This document shows, piece by piece, positions 16,256-25,368 of a stretch of 64,000 nucleotides of DNA; position 1 is the stretch's first letter; the number at the start of each line of letters is the position of its first letter. Both the position numbers and the translations under genes were made by a program. Origin of the DNA: Thermoguttaceae bacterium (GTDB taxonomy: Bacteria; Planctomycetota; Planctomycetia; Pirellulales; Thermoguttaceae); the NCBI GenBank assembly GCA_017441605.1, contig JAFRXD010000002.1:25674-89673 (forward strand), given 5' to 3'. A model generated the notes under the pieces. It saw only the letters and a program-made list of their open reading frames with translations. It did no database searches and was not told the DNA's origin.

Positions 16256-18220
16256 TTACTTGATAACAAAATGTCGCGTCGTTTGAGCCGCCTTGTCGCC
16301 GAGAACGGCGCGAACGACGACGTTTAGTTCTCCCTTCGCGTCGGCGTAGAAAAGCTTTTTGAAGAATCCATCTTCGGCGACGGGAACTTCTTCGTCGTTA
16401 ATCGTTACCTTTGAGCCAGGGGTAGCGGCGCCGTACAATTCGACTAAATTTGGACCGGAGTAAATCGTTTTACCGTCTTCCGGGAAGGTTTGGACGACCA
16501 GCTTGGGCTCGGACGCGGCGGCGACTATTTCGTTCGCCAGATCTTGGCGAGTTTTTTCAATGAGCGAAGCGTCCATCGTCGTGGAAACGAGATCGGGGAC
16601 GATTCTTCTCGCGAGTTCCATCGTTCGACCTTTGGAGTCGAGGAACCACGCTTTTTCGGGATCGAGTTCGCTCTTGATATTCGCGACGCTTTCTTCGAGC
16701 AGTTTCAAGTACTCGTAGTCTTCGGCGCTCTCGCGCTCGAGTTCCCAGCGGATTGAGTCGAGCGGACCGTTCGGACCCGGGTAAACGAGATGGGTGTCGC
16801 CGGGACCGTACTTTTCGGTCGGAGGACCGAAGGCTTCTCCCTGCCAGTAGTTAAATCCCCAGTGGAGGTACCCGACAAGATCTTCGGAGTAATTGATCCA
16901 ATGCAGGACGCGCAGACGAGCGGCGGGCAAGTCCATGAAACGATTGGGGTAATTGGGTCCGACCGGATGGCAACAGATGTAGTACCAGTATTCGTTGTCG
17001 CCGCGTCTTTGTTCAAAGCCTTTGCGCCAGCGATCGAAGTGGGAGAGTTTGGGAACCCACACGTCGAGGCGATTCGAAAAGTTCATCGTCTCGATGGCGT
17101 CGATTTGCTTCAGCTCCGGCGCGATTTTGCGAACGCGCTCCGAGGCTTCGCGCCACGCTTCAATGTCGGGTAGATAGGGCTCGTCGGAGACGTGTAGCAT
17201 CGCGCGCTCGAGTCGGCCGGTCTTTTTGAGATAGTCGCAAAGCGCCTTGAGGGCGGGCTCTAGCCAAACGTCGATTGGGAAATTGATCGCGGCTTCTTCC
17301 TTTTCATCGTAAATTGTCGCGGAGCTGAAGTTTATCGTATGGCTCGTTCGGTCGATTCCCCCGATATGGGAGAGTTCGATTCTTTCGGCGACGCCGTTTT
17401 CTTCCGCTAGTTTTAGGATTTTTTCAAAGTTTGCGAAATCGTACTCGAACGTCCCGTCCTTTTTGTGAACGCAATCGATAAAACTGCCGACGCCGGGGAT
17501 CCACGGGAGGATGACGACGTTTTGGCGGTGTTCGCCCATATTTTTGAAGTATTTTTCAATCAGAGCCCAAAAATCGTCGCTCATATATTCCACATTGTGA
17601 TATTTGGCGACGTTGCCGGCGCTCCACCAATTTGTCATATAGAGATGGCGAGTATCGGGCAATTCGAATGCGAAAACGGTCAGCGCGACGGGCAGGTCGA
17701 AGGAGACAGAGTCGCTTTTGATGTAAATTGAACCCTTGTATTCGCCCGCCGGGGTTCCTTTTGGGACGCGAAGGGTTACCCAAATCCCGAGGGTTTCGTT
17801 TGCTTTTAACGAGACGACAGATTCGTCGTAGAGAATCTCCGGGATATCGCAGGGCGCTTTTCGAACGACGATGTCGTCGGCGTCGGGGGTGTTTTTCGTA
17901 ATGTGAAGGGGTTCGATTCGACGGATACGAATGTTTTCTAGGCCGATTTTGGCGCCCGACGCCTCGCAAATTAAGTTGGAGGGAGCAATCGACAAATTGG
18001 GGGCGTCCTCGTCGCAGCGAAGAGCAAACTGGGCGGATTCGTATTCGTTAGAGGCGGCGGACAGGGTTAGCGGAGCGATTTCGCGCGGCGCGGCGTCGGA
18101 GAATATTTTCTCGTGAACGTCGACTGGCCAGACGGAAATCGACTCGGCGCTCGCGAGGCCGGGGAGACCCAACGTCAACGCCAGCGCGATTAGCAAAAAC
18201 GGTCTGAATAGGGTTTTCAT
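16256..18220 (-). CDS. Secreted DUF4091-type (glycoside hydrolase-like) protein
   Basis: Signal peptide MKTLFRPFLLIALALTLGLPGLASA. The YWYYICCHPVGPNYPNRFMDLPAARLRVLHWINY...YLHWGFNYW region resembles the DUF4091/GH123-like family (from memory). The ORF is open to 18265; I prefer the ATG at 18220. Confidence 0.7.
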   Translation of the reverse strand: MKTLFRPFLLIALALTLGLPGLASAESISVWPVDVHEKIFSDAAPREIAPLTLSAASNEYESAQFALRCDEDAPNLSIAPSNLICEASGAKIGLENIRIRRIEPLHITKNTPDADDIVVRKAPCDIPEILYDESVVSLKANETLGIWVTLRVPKGTPAGEYKGSIYIKSDSVSFDLPVALTVFAFELPDTRHLYMTNWWSAGNVAKYHNVEYMSDDFWALIEKYFKNMGEHRQNVVILPWIPGVGSFIDCVHKKDGTFEYDFANFEKILKLAEENGVAERIELSHIGGIDRTSHTINFSSATIYDEKEEAAINFPIDVWLEPALKALCDYLKKTGRLERAMLHVSDEPYLPDIEAWREASERVRKIAPELKQIDAIETMNFSNRLDVWVPKLSHFDRWRKGFEQRRGDNEYWYYICCHPVGPNYPNRFMDLPAARLRVLHWINYSEDLVGYLHWGFNYWQGEAFGPPTEKYGPGDTHLVYPGPNGPLDSIRWELERESAEDYEYLKLLEESVANIKSELDPEKAWFLDSKGRTMELARRIVPDLVSTTMDASLIEKTRQDLANEIVAAASEPKLVVQTFPEDGKTIYSGPNLVELYGAATPGSKVTINDEEVPVAEDGFFKKLFYADAKGELNVVVRAVLGDKAAQTTRHFVIK

Positions 18221-18336
18221 AGGAAACTTTCCAAAGGATGCGAGAAAATCTGTCTCGCGCGTCAAGCGCGAACGGGAGCGCTAAGCAACGCGCGTCAACG
18301 ATTGTACCAAAAATGGAACGGGTTCGCTTTACCCCC

Positions 18337-18364
18337 TCGAAAAAAAAATGGGTCGCGCTATAAT
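18337..18364 (+). promoter_or_regulatory. Putative glyA promoter
   Basis: TCGAAA, 16-nt spacer, TATAAT (18359-18364). This would give a ~180-nt leader. Confidence 0.4.
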
Positions 18365-18552
18365 GAATCGCGTTTTCCGCGCAGGGAGAAAGAGTCGGTC
18401 GAGGTCGAATCCGAGACGGACGGCGCCCCCGAGTTATTTGGGGACGCGAACGGTTATGGCGCAGTGCGTTATCGCAACGAGGCGAGCGCCGAGGGGCGCG
18501 CCCCTTTCGGCTGTCAGAGTTTTAGTCGCGCAAGAGCGGAGTATTTTCAGGA

Positions 18553-19854
18553 ATGAACGAGCGTTATCCTCATTTGAAAGCGGACGATCCGGAAGTCTAC
18601 GACCTCATTCAACGTCAAGCGAAATTAGAAAGCGCCACGTTGAAAATGATCGCTTCGGAGAGCTACGCGACAATCGACGTTTTGGAAGCCTGCGGTTCGA
18701 TTTTCACGAACAAGTATTGCGAAGGTTATCCCGGCGCTCGATATTACGAGGGCAACGAGGTAACGGACGCGCTGGAGAATCTCGCGATCGAGCGAGGCAA
18801 GGCGCTATTTGGTTGCGAGCATATGAACGTTCAGCCGTACTCGGGCTCTCCGGCGAACGCGGCCGTTTATCGCGCGCTCCTGAATCCCGGCGATAAAGTA
18901 ATGGGCGTTCCCGTGTCCGACGGCGGTCACCTTACACACGGGTGGAAAGTTAGTTTTTCCGGTAAAGACTACGCGCAGATTCCGTATCGACCGAACCAAG
19001 AAACGGGTCGTCTCGATATGGACGAAGTTCGGGAAATCGCGCTTCGCGAGCGTCCGAAGATGATTTGGGCGGGGATGAGCGCGTATCCTTTTAAATTGGA
19101 CTACGCCGCTTTCGCGGAAATCGCAAAGGAGGTCGACGCGTATTTGGTCGCGGACATAGCGCACATTAACGCGCTTATCGTCGCGGGAGTTCATCCGGAT
19201 CCGGTTCCGTATTGCGACGTCGTAACGAGCACGGCGCACAAGATGTTGCGCGGACCTCGCGCCGGTTTCATTATGAGCAAGACGGCGGATCGCTACCGAG
19301 AGAAATATCGACCGGAGAGCAAGTGGAACCTCGCGGAATTAATCGATCGAGGGGTTTTCCCGACGATGCAGGGCGGACCGCACATGCACGCGGTCGCGGC
19401 GATGGCGACCGCGTTCAAATACGCCGGCACGGACGAGTTCAAGCGATATGGCGAACAGATTGTGAAAAACGCGAAGGCGCTGTGCGACGCATTGGAATCG
19501 CTCGGTCGTCCGATCGCGGGGGGCGGGACGGAAACGCACCTGCTTCTGCTCGATTTCCGCAAGGAAGAATTTACGGGAAAGGACGCCGCGAAAGCGCTCG
19601 CCAAGTGCGGAATTATCGCGAACTTCAATATGGTGCCGGGCGACACGCGCTCGCCTTTTAAGACGAGCGGAGTTCGTTTGGGAACGCCGTCGCTCACGAG
19701 CGCGGGCATGAAAGAGGACGATATGAAAAAGGTGGCGCAGTGGATCGATCGAGTTTGTTCGAGTATCGATCGGATCGACGAGGTCGCCCCCGCGATTCGC
19801 GCCGAAATCGCGGAATTTTGCTCCGGGTTTAAGTTTCCCGGTATTTCCGACTAA
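18553..19854 (+). CDS. glyA: Serine hydroxymethyltransferase
   Basis: 433 aa. MIASESY, NKYCEGYPGARYYEG and the TSTAHKMLRGPRAG PLP-lysine motif. Confidence 0.93.
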   Translation: MNERYPHLKADDPEVYDLIQRQAKLESATLKMIASESYATIDVLEACGSIFTNKYCEGYPGARYYEGNEVTDALENLAIERGKALFGCEHMNVQPYSGSPANAAVYRALLNPGDKVMGVPVSDGGHLTHGWKVSFSGKDYAQIPYRPNQETGRLDMDEVREIALRERPKMIWAGMSAYPFKLDYAAFAEIAKEVDAYLVADIAHINALIVAGVHPDPVPYCDVVTSTAHKMLRGPRAGFIMSKTADRYREKYRPESKWNLAELIDRGVFPTMQGGPHMHAVAAMATAFKYAGTDEFKRYGEQIVKNAKALCDALESLGRPIAGGGTETHLLLLDFRKEEFTGKDAAKALAKCGIIANFNMVPGDTRSPFKTSGVRLGTPSLTSAGMKEDDMKKVAQWIDRVCSSIDRIDEVAPAIRAEIAEFCSGFKFPGISD

Positions 19855-19947
19855 CAGTTCCCGTTCTTAACGCGGTCTTATTTGAATCGTCGCCGCGCGC
19901 CTCGCGCCGTATGGCGACGATTTTTAGTTTTATCAAGGTATCGATAG

Positions 19948-20862
19948 ATGGCGAAATACGACGAAAACACGGATCTAGACGAATTGCTTTTGGGAGTCGA
20001 GCAAGGGGACGTCCGCGCGCTTTGCGAACTGGCTTGGCGCCACCGCTTGGGAACCGGAGTCGAGAAGGACGAAAAACGATCCTTCGAGCTTTTTCTCGAG
20101 GCTTCGAAAACGAACGATCCGGACGCGTTGAACAACGTTGGGTTTTGCTACGATAATGGGGTTGGAGTCAAGGCGGACGTTCAACTGGCAAATCGGCTTT
20201 ATCGCAAGGCGGCCGAATTGGGAAGCGCCGCGGCGATGAACAATCTCGGTTGGAACTACTTGAACGGAGTTGGAGTGAAGAAGAGTCCTAGCGCGGCGGT
20301 TCGTTGGTTTCAAAAGGCGGCGGAAAAGGAATTCGCGCAGGCGCAGAACAATCTCGCGCACTGTTACCAAAACGGTTTGGGCGTGAAGAAGGACTTCGAG
20401 AAAGCGAATCGGTGGTACGAGGCGGCGCGCGCCAACGGCTCTTACGAGGCTTGCGTTAACCTTGCGTGGAACTATCAGATGGGCAACGGTTGCAAGATCG
20501 ATCACGCGAAGGCGATCGCTTTGTACGAAACGGCCGCGGAGCGGGGAGTGGCGAGCGCGCAGTGCAATCTTGGATACGCTTATTTGTACGGACTTGGCGT
20601 GGAGCGAGACTGCGACAAGGCGTTTAAACTTTATTCCGCGGCCGTCGAACAAGGTTTTCCGGAGGCGTTCGGTCCGCTCGCGGTCTGTTACGAACAGGGT
20701 TACGGAACCGCGAGAGACGAAGGAAAGGCGCGGGAAATTTATCGCGTCGCGGCCGCGCGGGGCGATCGCAACGCGGCCGAACGGTTGCGTTTTTTAGAGA
20801 AGGACGTCGCGAATCGTTTGGACGCCGCGATTCGTTCGGGAAAACCGAGAACAATCCGCTAG
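19948..20862 (+). CDS. Sel1-repeat (TPR-like) protein, cytoplasmic
   Basis: 304 aa with about 7 repeats of the A..NLG.CY..G.GV.KD...A..WY.KAA pattern. No signal peptide. Confidence 0.85.
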   Translation: MAKYDENTDLDELLLGVEQGDVRALCELAWRHRLGTGVEKDEKRSFELFLEASKTNDPDALNNVGFCYDNGVGVKADVQLANRLYRKAAELGSAAAMNNLGWNYLNGVGVKKSPSAAVRWFQKAAEKEFAQAQNNLAHCYQNGLGVKKDFEKANRWYEAARANGSYEACVNLAWNYQMGNGCKIDHAKAIALYETAAERGVASAQCNLGYAYLYGLGVERDCDKAFKLYSAAVEQGFPEAFGPLAVCYEQGYGTARDEGKAREIYRVAAARGDRNAAERLRFLEKDVANRLDAAIRSGKPRTIR

Positions 20863-22019
20863 TTTGATTTTTCGAGCGCTTCGGTTTTCGGACTCGATTT
20901 GCAGGATAGGTCGCAGATTCCGCGCAAGGGATCGCATTGGGGAAAGTCCTCCGGGTTTTGTCGCGCGAGATTTAGCAACTCGTCGACGAATCGACGCGAC
21001 GCTCCGCAACATTCGGCTTTCCGGAACGAGACGCTTAATTCGTCGCAAGTCGCGCGAAGTTCTACGTCGAGATCCCAGATCGTTTCCATATTGTCGAAAA
21101 AGAACCCGATCGGCGAGACGATTACGGAACGGAGTCCGGGATTGTTCTTTTTGAATTGGCGTAAAAAATCGCTCGGGCTAGGTTCCAGCCATGGGATCGC
21201 GGGGGAACCGCTTCTGCTTTGAAAGGCGAACCCCGCGGTCAGATTCTCGCGATTAAGTTCGCGCTCTAGGTCTTCCGGCAAACGGTCGCCAATTTTTAGA
21301 AAATCGATTTTCTCTAGTTTTCTTCCGCCGAAACCCGGCGCGCTCAACATTTCTCGGAGCGCCGTCGCCGCGAGCGTAACGAGTTGGCGCCGATATTGGG
21401 ACGTTATCCCGTCTACGGTCGGCAAGGAATGCGCCGTAAAAAGAAGGAGACGTCGAGTGGGTTCTTCGCGATCGGAATCCGAGAATAGATTGCATTCCAA
21501 GTCGTCCATTGCCAGCGCTTTTAATAGTTCGTCGGCAACGGCCAGGCTCGCGACCGGTCGATCGAAAAAGGGAGGAACAAACGCGAGTCGAAGGTTTCGC
21601 GCGAATGGTTTCGAGCGCCGACAAAGAGCCTCTAGAACCGCCTTTCTGTATCGCGCGCAACTTTGCGTCGATCCGAGCGGGGACGTCGCGAAGACGAGGA
21701 CGCTGGCGATTTTGTCTTTTTCCGCTTGGGCGAGAGCGTCGTCAAACGTCGGAGGCGAGAATAAATTGCCCCAATACAAGTGAGGAGCGTTCTCCGATTC
21801 GCGCGAACCTTCTTTCAGTTTGGTAAGGAAATCGCGGCATTCCTGGGGAAGAGGACTTTTTCCTCCGAATCTCTCGTATCGTTCGCGAACGACGTCGCGT
21901 CTCGCGCGCGGGACTCGCTTTCCTTGCAGAACGCGATCCAAAAAAGGATCGACGTCCTCCGTTTTTTCGGGACCTCCATAAGAGGCGAGTAGAATGGCGT
22001 CGAACATCGCAAACTCCAA
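20859..22019 (-). CDS. hemH: Ferrochelatase
   Basis: 386 aa. ILLASYGGPEKTEDVDPFLDRVL N-terminus and TAHSLP motif. C-terminal Cys-rich tail (CC...C-x7-C-x3-C). Its stop overlaps the convergent Sel1 gene by 4 nt. Confidence 0.85.
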   Translation of the reverse strand: MEFAMFDAILLASYGGPEKTEDVDPFLDRVLQGKRVPRARRDVVRERYERFGGKSPLPQECRDFLTKLKEGSRESENAPHLYWGNLFSPPTFDDALAQAEKDKIASVLVFATSPLGSTQSCARYRKAVLEALCRRSKPFARNLRLAFVPPFFDRPVASLAVADELLKALAMDDLECNLFSDSDREEPTRRLLLFTAHSLPTVDGITSQYRRQLVTLAATALREMLSAPGFGGRKLEKIDFLKIGDRLPEDLERELNRENLTAGFAFQSRSGSPAIPWLEPSPSDFLRQFKKNNPGLRSVIVSPIGFFFDNMETIWDLDVELRATCDELSVSFRKAECCGASRRFVDELLNLARQNPEDFPQCDPLRGICDLSCKSSPKTEALEKSN

Positions 22020-22108
22020 AGTATAGTTTAAATATGACGATTATAACAAACGCAAGGGTCGCATTGCGTCAAAAACCGTTAAAAAGGGACGTTTACCGCC
22101 GTTCCCCT

Positions 22109-22136
22109 TTTTCATATCGCAAGACGCGAGTATAAT
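22109..22136 (+). promoter_or_regulatory. Possible promoter of the acyl-CoA ligase gene
   Basis: TTTTCA, 16-nt spacer, TATAAT (22131-22136). Confidence 0.35.
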
Positions 22137-22217
22137 TTTGTCCAAAATTTGACGCGTATCGCGTCGTGGAATCGCAAGCGCCCTTAAATTCGGCTTTAGC
22201 GCCGAGGATTTTTTGTT

Positions 22218-23501
22218 ATGCCAACAACCGATTTGTACTTCAATCCGGAACTTGAAACGGCGTCGCAAGACGAGATCGTCGCGATGCAAAACGAGCGCCT
22301 TAAGGAAAAGGTTCGCTACGTAGTCGCCAACAATCCCTATATGCGCGATCTTTACGCGAAGGCCGGGGTTGTCGTCGAAGATTTTCGCGGTATCGAGGAT
22401 ATGGACAAGCTTCCGATCATCGCGAAGGCGAACTTTCGGGAAACGTATCCGTTGGGCATGTGTTGCGTTCCGAAGGACTCCATTCGCGAGATGCACATGT
22501 CGAGCGGCTCGACGGGCACGCCGGTCGTAATGCCCTACACGATCGCGGACTTGAACCAGTGGGCGGAGTGTATGGCGCGTTGTTTGCGGATGTCGGGGGC
22601 TCGTCCCGGGGATCCGATGCAAATTATGCCGTCTTTCGGACTTTTCAACGGCGGATTCGGAATGTACCACGGCGCTCGCGCCGCGGGTTTGTTCGTCATT
22701 CCGACCGGTTCCGGCAACACGGAGCGTCAGATTCGGTTGGCTCGCGACTTTAACACGCGAGTGTTCGGAGCGGTCATTTCCTACACCGGTCGTTTGATCG
22801 AGGTTATGGAGAAAATGAACGTCGAACTTCCGAGTTTGAAGATCGGTATTTTCGGGGCGGAAACGGTAACGACCGCGATGATGCAGAAGATTTCGGCCCG
22901 ATTGAATATCGACGTTTTTAATATTTATGGAATGACGGAGACGGGCGGAGTCGGCACGTTGGGAATGGACTGCCGCGATCACTCCGGAATTCACGTTTGG
23001 GAAGACCACTATTATCTCGAAGTGGTCGACCCCGTCACAAAGAAAGTTTTGCCGGACGGCGAGGTGGGCGAGTTGGTCGTGACGTCGCTGACGCGCGAGG
23101 CTCTTCCGGTGATACGTTTCAAAACTGGCGACTTGACGCGCATTCTTTCCCGCGAGAAGTGCGCTTGCGGTCGATCCCACGTTCGAATCGATCAGATATC
23201 GGGTCGAACGGACGATATGCTCATTATCAAGGGCGTCAACTTCTTCCCGTCTCAGGTCGAGCAAGCTTTGATGGAGATTCCGGGGGTTCATTCGGAATAC
23301 CAGATTATTATGGAGGAGAAGGACGGAGTCAACGATATTCACATTCTCGTCGAAGCTGAAGAGGGCGTGACCGGCTACACGGTCGAAAAACGTCTTAAGG
23401 AGCGATTGGGCTTCTCCCCGAAGGGGGAAGTCTTGCCGATCGGTTCCCTACCGCGCGTCGACGGCAAAGCGGTTCGCGTAGTTCGCAGAAAACTCGACTG
23501 A
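22218..23501 (+). CDS. Phenylacetate-CoA ligase family (PaaK / coenzyme F390 synthetase-like) adenylate-forming enzyme
   Basis: 427 aa. MSSGSTGTPV AMP-binding motif and YGMTETGG. Length and layout are typical of the PaaK-like family. Confidence 0.85.
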   Translation: MPTTDLYFNPELETASQDEIVAMQNERLKEKVRYVVANNPYMRDLYAKAGVVVEDFRGIEDMDKLPIIAKANFRETYPLGMCCVPKDSIREMHMSSGSTGTPVVMPYTIADLNQWAECMARCLRMSGARPGDPMQIMPSFGLFNGGFGMYHGARAAGLFVIPTGSGNTERQIRLARDFNTRVFGAVISYTGRLIEVMEKMNVELPSLKIGIFGAETVTTAMMQKISARLNIDVFNIYGMTETGGVGTLGMDCRDHSGIHVWEDHYYLEVVDPVTKKVLPDGEVGELVVTSLTREALPVIRFKTGDLTRILSREKCACGRSHVRIDQISGRTDDMLIIKGVNFFPSQVEQALMEIPGVHSEYQIIMEEKDGVNDIHILVEAEEGVTGYTVEKRLKERLGFSPKGEVLPIGSLPRVDGKAVRVVRRKLD

Positions 23502-23540
23502 GAGTTCGCGCTCAGAGATTTCGTTTGCGAGAGCTAAATG

Positions 23541-23585
23541 AAAACGACTCGTTCGGAGACGCGTCCGAGCGAGTCGCTTTTTATT
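23541..23585. terminator. Bidirectional terminator between convergent genes
   Basis: 13-bp stem cgactcgttcgga/tccgagcgagtcg (one G-U pair), flanked by aaaa upstream and ctttttatt downstream. Confidence 0.7.
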
Positions 23586-23600
23586 GGTCATTGGACTCGA

Positions 23601-24791
23601 CTATCTTCGGGTTCCGACGTTCCTTTGGGGCGCGGCGGCGGTTTTCGCTCTGTTCGCGACGGGATTTGAAGAGGCGGTTTGTCGGGGTTGTTTTTTCGCG
23701 GAGGGGAATTTCGCGGGATCGGTAACGAGGGTCGCGGTTGTTCCATTTTCGGCGACGATCGTTTTTTGATCCAGTAGCGAGAACTGCTCGTCGCGGACTT
23801 CTTTTGTCCACGATTGGTCGACCGAACCTTCTATGTTCCAAGCTCCCTTATTGACGGCGACTTTTTCGAAAGTGAGATCCGTCTTGCTTTTTCCGTTCGC
23901 GCCCATTTTGCGCATATAGGTGGGCTGGAGATCTTTAAGACTTAAGAGCACCGTGATCGATTTGAATTGTTGCGCGTCTCGAGCGTATCGCGGGAACGCC
24001 TCGATCCAAACTTCGCTCTTACGCTTTTTTTCGGGGGTAACGATACGGAGGTAAAAGCGATCTTTCAACGCGTCGGCTTTCGCGACGAAGAAAAGGGGGA
24101 ATTGCCCGTTGTCCATCGTCAGATCGATATCTTGTTCGTCTTCGGGAATCTTATAGACGACGGCTTTCTTATTTTGGAAATCGTATTGAACGAGGGACTT
24201 ACCATCTAGAACGACTTGCCACTCGTTCTTTCCTTCCTTCCAAGTTCCCTCCGGTTTTGCGTCGGTGTACTCGAATTCGCCTTTGACGTGGTAGGAGAGT
24301 TTGTTTGGGGTGATGAATCGGAATTCTCCCCATGTGTGAGCGACGGGGCGCTTGGCGTCTTGTTGGAGAGCGCCGTCGAATTCTCGCATATGAACGGAGC
24401 AAGCGACGCGTTTGATATCTTTTCCGTATTCCTCCCATCGGGTCAGAAATTCGTCGAGTTTTTGGGTTTCTTCTTCCGAAGGTTTGTAGTCGGCCGGCGG
24501 TTGGACAATGGCGCTTTTGACTTTATCTTCGGCGATGTAGCCTCCTTGAGCGTTGTTCGTCGCCCGAGCTTGGGGAACGGCGCTTTGGGCCGATTTCGTC
24601 GCCGCGGCGCTCGTTTGTTCCGCCGTTTGAGGGACGTCGAGTCGCGCGGGGGCGCCGTTCGCTTGAAGGGGACGATCGGTTTGGGGCGCGACGTAGTTGT
24701 CGAATCCCTGCGCGAACGCGGACGCGGTCGCGAAGAACGTTGCGATGAAGAGCGCCGTCGAAACCGACGCCGAAAATCTGTTGTATAACAT
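23601..24791 (-). CDS. Secreted hypothetical protein
   Basis: 396-aa ORF. Signal peptide ...ALFIATFFATASAFAQG, then an Ala/Gln/Pro-rich region and a globular C-terminal part. No motif recognised. Confidence 0.6.
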   Translation of the reverse strand: MLYNRFSASVSTALFIATFFATASAFAQGFDNYVAPQTDRPLQANGAPARLDVPQTAEQTSAAATKSAQSAVPQARATNNAQGGYIAEDKVKSAIVQPPADYKPSEEETQKLDEFLTRWEEYGKDIKRVACSVHMREFDGALQQDAKRPVAHTWGEFRFITPNKLSYHVKGEFEYTDAKPEGTWKEGKNEWQVVLDGKSLVQYDFQNKKAVVYKIPEDEQDIDLTMDNGQFPLFFVAKADALKDRFYLRIVTPEKKRKSEVWIEAFPRYARDAQQFKSITVLLSLKDLQPTYMRKMGANGKSKTDLTFEKVAVNKGAWNIEGSVDQSWTKEVRDEQFSLLDQKTIVAENGTTATLVTDPAKFPSAKKQPRQTASSNPVANRAKTAAAPQRNVGTRR

Positions 24792-25017
24792 ATCTTCCCC
24801 GACTTGCTCGGCGATAAGCGACGAAACGTCCCGGTGAGTCGCTTCGTCGACGGACGATAATTAGCTCAAAATCCAAAACGACCAAGTTCAAACACGAAAG
24901 GACAAGGACGCTCGAGTGAGCATAGTTCTTTTGGACTTTCTCGTAAAGACCGATTTTTGAGTTGGCGGGTCGGTCGGATCGTTCCCGGGTTTTTTGAAAA
25001 AAATGTCGATTCGCCCC

Positions 25018-25045
25018 TTGATAAAAGCTCGAACGCGCCTATAAT
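25018..25045 (+). promoter_or_regulatory. Promoter of tRNA-Ser
   Basis: TTGATA, 16-nt spacer, TATAAT. Lies 17 nt upstream of the mature tRNA 5' end. Confidence 0.6.
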
Positions 25046-25062
25046 TTGCGCGTTGACCATTT

Positions 25063-25144
25063 GGAGGATAAGCGAATGGCTAGCGGCCTCATTGGAAATG
25101 AGGTGCCCTTAACGGGGTTGCGGGTTCGAGTCCCGTGTCCTCCG
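25063..25144 (+). tRNA. tRNA-Ser (anticodon GGA), class II with long variable arm; CCA not encoded
   Basis: Hand fold: acceptor GGAGGAT/GTCCTCC; anticodon arm CCTCA-TTGGAAA-TGAGG; variable arm; T arm GCGGG-TTCGAGT-CCCGT; discriminator G. The D arm is irregular in my hand fold. Confidence 0.8.
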
Positions 25145-25150
25145 CTTTTG

Positions 25151-25179
25151 ACGAGTCGCGTTTTGCGGCTCGTTTTTTT
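25151..25179 (+). terminator. Terminator after tRNA-Ser
   Basis: 9-bp stem acgagtcgc/gcggctcgt (one wobble pair) followed by T7. Confidence 0.7.
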
Positions 25180-25368
25180 ATGTCTTCTTCGCCCCGACTT
25201 TTTTCGTCGGCGCTCCCGCGTCTTTCTTCTTTTTCTCTTCGCGCTTTTTCTTTTTTCGCGCGACTTGATTTTTCCCTTGAAACGCTCATACTTATAGCGA
25301 GCGCCGTTCGTGTTCGTTTCGTTGGCGCCCGATTTCAGATCCGCGTCTTTAAGGAGCGTCGAAGCAAG

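Noticed and set aside
18371-18552. ZTP, glycine or THF riboswitch upstream of glyA
   Set aside because: I could not find the conserved cores I remember, for example CCGCCTGGGC for the ZTP 3' domain or GGAGAG...ACCGAAGG for glycine. I kept it only as an unclassified long leader.
22041-23342. 433-aa ORF antisense to the PaaK-like ligase gene
   Set aside because: It is Arg/His-rich with a low-complexity composition and no recognisable motifs. It overlaps entirely a plus-strand ORF carrying clear adenylate-forming enzyme motifs. It is a typical shadow ORF.
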